Both the position numbers and the translations under genes were made by a program. A model generated the notes under the pieces. That model did no database searches. It was given only the letters and a program-made list of their open reading frames with translations, and was not told where the DNA came from. From the IMG/VR virus record IMGVR_UViG_3300021963_006734, positions 1-63,568 of that record: 63,568 nt of DNA; one strand, written 5' to 3'. Below are positions 57,636 to 63,568 of this stretch, one piece after another. This DNA comes from a virus (taxonomy: Duplodnaviria > Caudoviricetes). Within the stretch, counting starts at the first letter, position 1, and every line of letters starts with the position of its first letter.

Positions 57636-59894
57636 ATGAGTGGTTCTATAAACCTTGGTATACCTGATATTGCTGTTGTACTACGAGAAAATACTGATAC
57701 CAATAATGTGGTACTAGATGTACCGAATATCAGCGTTACCGTAGAACATGCCCCAGATTATAAAGTTAGTGTACAACCAAGTTCGTTAATAGTTCATAGA
57801 ACAGGATCATTACCATCCCTCGCAGTTTCTGCGCTTACCGCATCCTACGCATTATCAGCGAGTTATATTGCAGGTGGTACATTTACTAGTGCGTCGTATG
57901 CGGTACAGGCAGACACAGCATCATTAGCAACCACCGCAAGTTATGCACTAAATGCACAGAGTACAGGATTTCCATTTAGTGGGTCGGCAGTTATTACAGG
58001 ATCACTGGTTGTTACGGGAACAGTTAGTGCATCATCAATTACAGGATCATTCAGTGGTGATGGTAGTCAATTAACGGGTATAGCAACCACACTAAAAATT
58101 ACAGGATCTACTGGACAAGATAGTATAGATTTAAAAACTCAGGGATTATTAGTTACTGGGTCAAATGGAATTACTACAACAGTAACCGATAATACCGTAA
58201 CTATTGCCGCACCATCAGGTACCGTTACCAGCTCACAACAAATTAATGTATTCCAAACCACAGGTGGTGATAATGTCGCCAGTCTTGGCGCAAATACATT
58301 TCATGGTAAACAAACCATATTTGGTGATTTGGAAATTGATACAGGTAATATCGTAGTTACTACTGGAAATAGTTTAATTGTTTCTGGTGCAATCTTTGCA
58401 CAAAATGAATTTATTGGTGGATTTGTATCATCAAGTAGAATTGAAGCACCCAGTATAACAGGATCATTATTAGGAACTGCAAGTGTTGCTGATAATATTG
58501 ACATTATCTTTGCCGGTGGGTTTGAAACGGGAAGTGATGCACCAATTGTGCTACAAATGGGTGGAACGGGAAATGTTATTAGTGCAAGTTATGCGTTAAC
58601 GGCATCGTATGCAAGTAATAACAACTTACCACCAGGAGTATTGTCATCATCTACACAAATCATATACACACAAATTCCTAATATTCCACTAGGAACAATT
58701 TCTAGTTCTACGCAATTTAATGCACTATCAAATACTTCGGCATCATATGCACTGACTGCAAGTTACGCATTAAATTCAATTACAATTAATACTAGTTCAT
58801 TTGCCACAACAGGATCAAATACATTTATTGGTAATCAAATAATTACAGGATCATTAATTGTATCTGGTTCGTCAACATTCACCAATATTGGACCAGCAGT
58901 ATTTAGTGGGTCAGTAACAAGTGTTGGAGGTATCACTGGATCATTTAGTGGTTCATTATCTGGTACAATAACAAGTGCATCGTTTGCAACTACTGCAAGT
59001 TACGCACTAAATGCAACAGCTACAGTACCAGCAGGTACAGTTAGTAGTTCCACTCAAATAATAGCAGCATTACCAACAGGAACGGTATCATCATCGGTAC
59101 AGATAAATACAGGTTCATTCAGTGGTTCAATTACAACTGCGTCATTTGCTACAACTGCAAGTTTTGCACTCAACGCAGGGCAAAATATACCAGCAGGTAC
59201 AGTTAGTAGTTCTGCACAATATCCTGGGTGGGTAACAAGTTCTACTCAAATTATCTGGTCATCTGTAAATTATAATTCTGGTATTGTATCATCCTCTGCA
59301 CAATATCCTGGATGGGTTACCAGTTCAGCACAGATTAATACAGGATCATTTAGTGGGTCATTTACAGGATCATTAACTGGTACCATTACATCTGCGTCAT
59401 ACGCAATTACCGCAAGTTATGCAGCAAGTGCAGTAGCAATTACACCAGCAGGTACAGTCAGTAGTTCTGCACAGTATCCTGGTTGGGTGACCAGCTCTAC
59501 ACAAATTGTAAATTCATTACCAGCAGGCACAGTCAGTTCTTCTGTACAAGTAAGCGCAATAACTGCATCATTAACAACTACTGGTTCAAATACATTTGTT
59601 GGTAATCAAATTATTAGTGGTGCATTAACTGTAACATCGACCGCAAGTTTCAACGGTAATGCAACGGCAAATGATGTATCGTTATTATTAACAAATAGTT
59701 CATCGTTGATATTAACCTCGGGGTCATCAATAAATGTCGTATCACCTGGTTCAATAACAGGGTCAGTATTAGCAAATGAATTTATACTACCAATAGTTGC
59801 ACCAGCTACACCACAAACAGGATCTATGTATTTTAGTGGGTCATTTATTTATGTATACACAGGAACACAATATCGTAGTGCAAGCTTAACATAA
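57636..59894 (+). CDS. Ser/Thr/Gly-rich tail-fibre-like repeat protein
   Basis: Repeated TASYA, GTVSSSxQ, QYPGW and TTGSNTFxGNQ units. Confidence 0.7.
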   Translation: MSGSINLGIPDIAVVLRENTDTNNVVLDVPNISVTVEHAPDYKVSVQPSSLIVHRTGSLPSLAVSALTASYALSASYIAGGTFTSASYAVQADTASLATTASYALNAQSTGFPFSGSAVITGSLVVTGTVSASSITGSFSGDGSQLTGIATTLKITGSTGQDSIDLKTQGLLVTGSNGITTTVTDNTVTIAAPSGTVTSSQQINVFQTTGGDNVASLGANTFHGKQTIFGDLEIDTGNIVVTTGNSLIVSGAIFAQNEFIGGFVSSSRIEAPSITGSLLGTASVADNIDIIFAGGFETGSDAPIVLQMGGTGNVISASYALTASYASNNNLPPGVLSSSTQIIYTQIPNIPLGTISSSTQFNALSNTSASYALTASYALNSITINTSSFATTGSNTFIGNQIITGSLIVSGSSTFTNIGPAVFSGSVTSVGGITGSFSGSLSGTITSASFATTASYALNATATVPAGTVSSSTQIIAALPTGTVSSSVQINTGSFSGSITTASFATTASFALNAGQNIPAGTVSSSAQYPGWVTSSTQIIWSSVNYNSGIVSSSAQYPGWVTSSAQINTGSFSGSFTGSLTGTITSASYAITASYAASAVAITPAGTVSSSAQYPGWVTSSTQIVNSLPAGTVSSSVQVSAITASLTTTGSNTFVGNQIISGALTVTSTASFNGNATANDVSLLLTNSSSLILTSGSSINVVSPGSITGSVLANEFILPIVAPATPQTGSMYFSGSFIYVYTGTQYRSASLT

Positions 59895-59902
59895 TAGATT
59901 AT

Positions 59903-60997
59903 ATGGCAATACAATTTACTAATGGATTTAGGGTAACACCAAATAATCGTAGTTTATATGACTTTACAACATTTACATTTACAAATGTAAATGTCACAGG
60001 ATCAAATCCACCGTTACTAACACAGTTTCTTGCAGCATATACTGGGTCAGCAACATGGACAGCAAATAGTGCATACTTTACTACACAATCTGGATTTATT
60101 GGATATCAAGTGTGGACAGTACCACAAACTGCAACTTATGAAATAGAAGTAGCTGGAGCAAGTAGTGGACGAGGTACACATACAGGTTTACCTGTTTCTG
60201 GTGCATTTAGTAGTGGTTCAAAAATGCGAGCAAGATTTAGTTTACAACAAAATCAAAAGTTATTGATAGTGGTTGGACAACAATCTGCAAACGCATCACA
60301 AGTTGCAACATATACTGGACTAGGTGGTGGTGGTGGAACTTTCGTAGTCCCATCAGGATCTAACTCTGGTTCAATCAATCCACTAATTGTCGCTGGAGGT
60401 GCAGGTGGTATAGGTGCATGGTCAAGTGCACTTCCAGTAGTAAGTGGTTCACAAATATTTGGTAGAACTACAACATCTGGTGGTAAAGCTGCATTTTTTG
60501 AAATTGGTGGGACTAATGGAAACGGAGGTCGTTCTCATATTTCATCATCTGCGAACCCATATGATGGTGGTGGCGGTGGTGGATTTGCAGTTGGTATAAG
60601 TGGTAGTGGTGCAAGTGGACTTGGAGTTTATAACGGACCTGGTTCAACCAATAATGGTGGCGGTGGTAAAGGATTTTGGACAGGTTCGGTTGGTGGAGGA
60701 ACATCGACAACATACCCACCACCAGGAAGTAGTGCTGGTGGATTTGGTGGCGGTGGTGGTGCGGGTCCAATCTGTGGTGGTGGCGGTGGTGGATACTCAG
60801 GCGGTGCGGGTAGTGCAAGAGCTACGTCTACTCTACCAGACTCAGGTGGCGGTGGTGGGTCATACATCAGTAGTAGTGGAACAACAGTCGCAACTGCCGA
60901 TGGATTATATGATACACTTTCTACATTTAGTGGATCTGCAATTACAACCATAGGATATCAAAGTGGGTCAGGATATGTGAAGATAACAAAACTGTAA
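59903..60997 (+). CDS. Glycine-rich domain protein (ALK/LTK-like), probable receptor-binding tip
   Basis: W.VP….Y.IE..GA.SG, LLIVVGQ, GGGGGTFV, PLIVAGG.GG, GGFGGGGG, GGGGGYSGG, GGGGGSY, G.V.ITKL. Confidence 0.7.
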   Translation: MAIQFTNGFRVTPNNRSLYDFTTFTFTNVNVTGSNPPLLTQFLAAYTGSATWTANSAYFTTQSGFIGYQVWTVPQTATYEIEVAGASSGRGTHTGLPVSGAFSSGSKMRARFSLQQNQKLLIVVGQQSANASQVATYTGLGGGGGTFVVPSGSNSGSINPLIVAGGAGGIGAWSSALPVVSGSQIFGRTTTSGGKAAFFEIGGTNGNGGRSHISSSANPYDGGGGGGFAVGISGSGASGLGVYNGPGSTNNGGGGKGFWTGSVGGGTSTTYPPPGSSAGGFGGGGGAGPICGGGGGGYSGGAGSARATSTLPDSGGGGGSYISSSGTTVATADGLYDTLSTFSGSAITTIGYQSGSGYVKITKL

Positions 60998-61029
60998 TAT
61001 TTATATAAAGTTTTAATACAAGAGGTGTT

Positions 61030-61635
61030 ATGGCAGCAAATCGTTTTATACCATTAGTCAGTAGTCAATCCGGAGCAGTACCAACTGCGTCTGCGTTGTT
61101 TCCTGGTGAATTAGCTCTTAATATCGCAGACGGGAAAATATTTACTCGTTCTGGGTCGGCTATACTATTATTAAACGACAAGCAACTACCTGGAGGTATC
61201 CCCACCAGTTCAGCTCAAATAATAGGATATATTAGTGGTAGTACAATAACACCACATACAGTACAATCTGACGAATTTAAATTAAACGCAGGTAATGTTT
61301 CTCTTACATTTACGGGATCAGTTAATACAGGAATATTTGGTGCAACGGAATATGTGTACCCATTTATCCCAACATCCAGTTATGTGGGTACTACCGTAGA
61401 ATACGCAGCATCTAGACCAGGTGGTATTCGTATAGGCATATTATTGGCTGCTTGGAGCGGTAGTAATACCACGGTCACTGATATATCGAGTACAGATGTG
61501 GGTGATACTTCGGATATTAATTTTTCATTGGTACAAGATGGTGGTTATATAAAACTTCGTGTGGAAAGTTTAGGGAGTGGGTCATACCCCTGGACCGTCC
61601 AGAGTTTATTCAAATTATTTCCAACTTTATCCTAG
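61030..61635 (+). CDS. Tail-fibre-associated protein
   Basis: N-terminal S..G.VP….L..GELALNIADGKIF motif like T4-type long-fibre proteins; TATTTATA at 60998. Confidence 0.65.
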   Translation: MAANRFIPLVSSQSGAVPTASALFPGELALNIADGKIFTRSGSAILLLNDKQLPGGIPTSSAQIIGYISGSTITPHTVQSDEFKLNAGNVSLTFTGSVNTGIFGATEYVYPFIPTSSYVGTTVEYAASRPGGIRIGILLAAWSGSNTTVTDISSTDVGDTSDINFSLVQDGGYIKLRVESLGSGSYPWTVQSLFKLFPTLS

Positions 61636-61684
61636 TAGTTAACTATTTATATTTTAGATACTTAGTACCATTTGGAGATGCCCT

Positions 61685-63568
61685 ATGGCAAATGAATTTG
61701 TCGCAAGACGAGGTATAATCGCTCAATCCGGTGGAGCAAAAATCACTGGTTCGTTACTAGTTAGCGGTACAGTAGATGCAACTGGATATAACATTATCGC
61801 ATCATCCTTTACTGGATCATTTTCTGGTTCAATCGGTACCGCAACCACCGCATCATATGTAAGTCCATCGGGATTACCAGCGGGTACAGTATCCGCATCA
61901 AGTCAAATTGATTATAACGCAATACAAAATAAATTAAGTGGTGTTATATCAAGTTCTGCACAATTTAATGCACTAAGTGGTACATCAGCATCATATGCAT
62001 TAACGGCTTCGTTTGCATCAAATGCAAATATTCCAGCAGGTACGGTATCTTCCTCAACACAATTTAAAACATTAACTGACCCCTTCACAGGTTCATTCAC
62101 AGGTTCATTTACTGGTGATGGTAGTGGATTAACGGGAATTGCAACGGTACTCAACATTACAGGCAGTACAGGTACCAGCACGGTTAATCTTAAAACACAA
62201 GCATTAACTGTTAATGGTGGAAACGGAATTACCACCAATGCATCAGGACAAACGATAACTATCAGTGCACCAGCAGGTACGGTATCCGCATCATCACAAA
62301 TTGATTATAACTCAATACAAAATAAGTTAAGTGGGGTTGTATCAAGTTCAACACAAGTAGCGCCATTACTTCCAGGTGGTACCGTATCATCTTCGGCACA
62401 ATATCCTGGTTGGGTCACCGCTTCGTCACAAATTGATATTACATCAACCACTGGATATTCAACATTTAGTTCATCAATCGCAACAAAGAATGATTTACAA
62501 GATGTATCAATTTCTGCATTAAATAATGCAACAGGATCATACGCAACTACAGCATCTAATAGTTTCACAGGTGTTCAAACTATCACCAATACAACAAATA
62601 GTACCAACTATACTAGTGGTGCATTAGTTGTACAAGGTGGTGTTGGTATTACGAAGGATGTTAATATTTCCGGTAGTTTGACGGTTACGGGCTTATTGAC
62701 CGCCGTATCAACATCTATTCAATATGTTACATCTTCACAACTTAATATCGGCGTAAGCAGAGTTACAGTAAATGACGATGACCTAGTAAGATTTGCTGGA
62801 CTATCAGTAATTGATTCGGGATCAACATATGGTACAGGATCACTTCTTTGGGATAGTTTAAATAATCGCTGGATTTATGAAGCCGACGATTTAGCATACA
62901 ATTCCGCAGTCATTATCGCAGGTCCAAAAAATACTGGAGCACTAGGTGGTGAAGTAGGGTTGACCGACTATCGTGTTCCAGTTGCACACGGTGATGACCA
63001 CATTGATAGTAGACCAGAATCAAGTTCTATCCGTGTAGATTTCCCATCACGACTCACCCACATTGAATCAGGATTATATATCACTGGTTCAGTTACCTCG
63101 TCAGTAGGATTTAAAGGCGATGGTTCACAACTTACAGGAATTGTTACCACATTAACAATTACAGGTTCAGATGCATCCACCGATAGTGTTGATCTTAAAA
63201 CATCTGGTTTGACATTTGCTGGTGGTAATGGTATAACCACAACAGTAGCAAATGATACAGTAACTATCAGCGCACCACTTGGTACTGTATCAAGTAGTGG
63301 TCAAGTTAAAAATCTATTACCAACGGATACAGTATCCAGTAGTACGCAAGTTGTAGGATTTTTGCCTGGTGGTACGGTATCTTCATCAGCGCAATATCCT
63401 GGTTGGGTCACGGCATCAAGTCAAATATTACTAAATAGTATTACTGGTGCAACATTTAGTAATCAAGCATTCTTGTTCCCACAAGATGTAACACTTACTG
63501 GTGATTTAACGGTCGCTGGTAACGACATTAAGAATAATAATGGTACCGCCGTAATTACCTTTGCTGGC
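61685..63568 (+). CDS. Ser/Thr/Gly-rich tail-fibre-like protein, truncated by the window edge and absent from the ORF track
   Basis: ATG 61685 after SD GGAG and TATTTATA (61644); MANEFVARRGIIAQSGG…; appears open to the end; shares modules with 57636..59894. Confidence 0.8.
   Translation, partial: MANEFVARRGIIAQSGGAKITGSLLVSGTVDATGYNIIASSFTGSFSGSIGTATTASYVSPSGLPAGTVSASSQIDYNAIQNKLSGVISSSAQFNALSGTSASYALTASFASNANIPAGTVSSSTQFKTLTDPFTGSFTGSFTGDGSGLTGIATVLNITGSTGTSTVNLKTQALTVNGGNGITTNASGQTITISAPAGTVSASSQIDYNSIQNKLSGVVSSSTQVAPLLPGGTVSSSAQYPGWVTASSQIDITSTTGYSTFSSSIATKNDLQDVSISALNNATGSYATTASNSFTGVQTITNTTNSTNYTSGALVVQGGVGITKDVNISGSLTVTGLLTAVSTSIQYVTSSQLNIGVSRVTVNDDDLVRFAGLSVIDSGSTYGTGSLLWDSLNNRWIYEADDLAYNSAVIIAGPKNTGALGGEVGLTDYRVPVAHGDDHIDSRPESSSIRVDFPSRLTHIESGLYITGSVTSSVGFKGDGSQLTGIVTTLTITGSDASTDSVDLKTSGLTFAGGNGITTTVANDTVTISAPLGTVSSSGQVKNLLPTDTVSSSTQVVGFLPGGTVSSSAQYPGWVTASSQILLNSITGATFSNQAFLFPQDVTLTGDLTVAGNDIKNNNGTAVITFAG

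Noticed and set aside
447-63240. Many short minus-strand and alternative-frame ORFs in the track
   Set aside because: They overlap longer + strand genes with recognisable motifs or coherent operon context; treated as shadow ORFs
1-63568. Stop-codon reassignment, inteins or programmed frameshifts
   Set aside because: Core genes are full length in the standard code, all three stop codons end genes, and no intein motifs were seen in terminase, primase or portal

Overview
AT-rich, gene-dense segment of a large T4-like (myovirus, probably jumbo) bacteriophage genome. Every credible gene is on the + strand and reads in the standard genetic code. Order from left to right: a structured RNA candidate; tRNA-Ser(UGA) and tRNA-Thr(UGU); hsp20; an accessory block (UvsE, GT2 glycosyltransferase, IMPDH/GMP-reductase family enzyme, lysozyme-like protein, gp55-like sigma factor); baseplate genes; a replication/recombination island (resolvase, primase, fused Mre11-Rad50); a 1031-aa ligase-like plus HxGH nucleotidyltransferase protein; large terminase; a cluster of small putative capsid-internal proteins; portal; prohead protease; ribosomal protein bS21; scaffold; major capsid; a free-standing GIY-YIG endonuclease; neck, sheath and tube genes; and Ser/Thr/Gly-rich fibre genes that run off the right edge. 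Main hypotheses: (1) a family of head-cargo proteins sharing N-terminal leaders that resemble the T4 capsid-targeting sequence, possibly including enzymes; (2) a late-promoter motif TATTTATA, the reverse complement of the T4 late promoter; (3) translation-control signals (bS21, a 12-nt perfect match to the anti-Shine-Dalgarno, micro-ORFs). All product calls come from motifs recognised by eye and from gene order; no database search was run.
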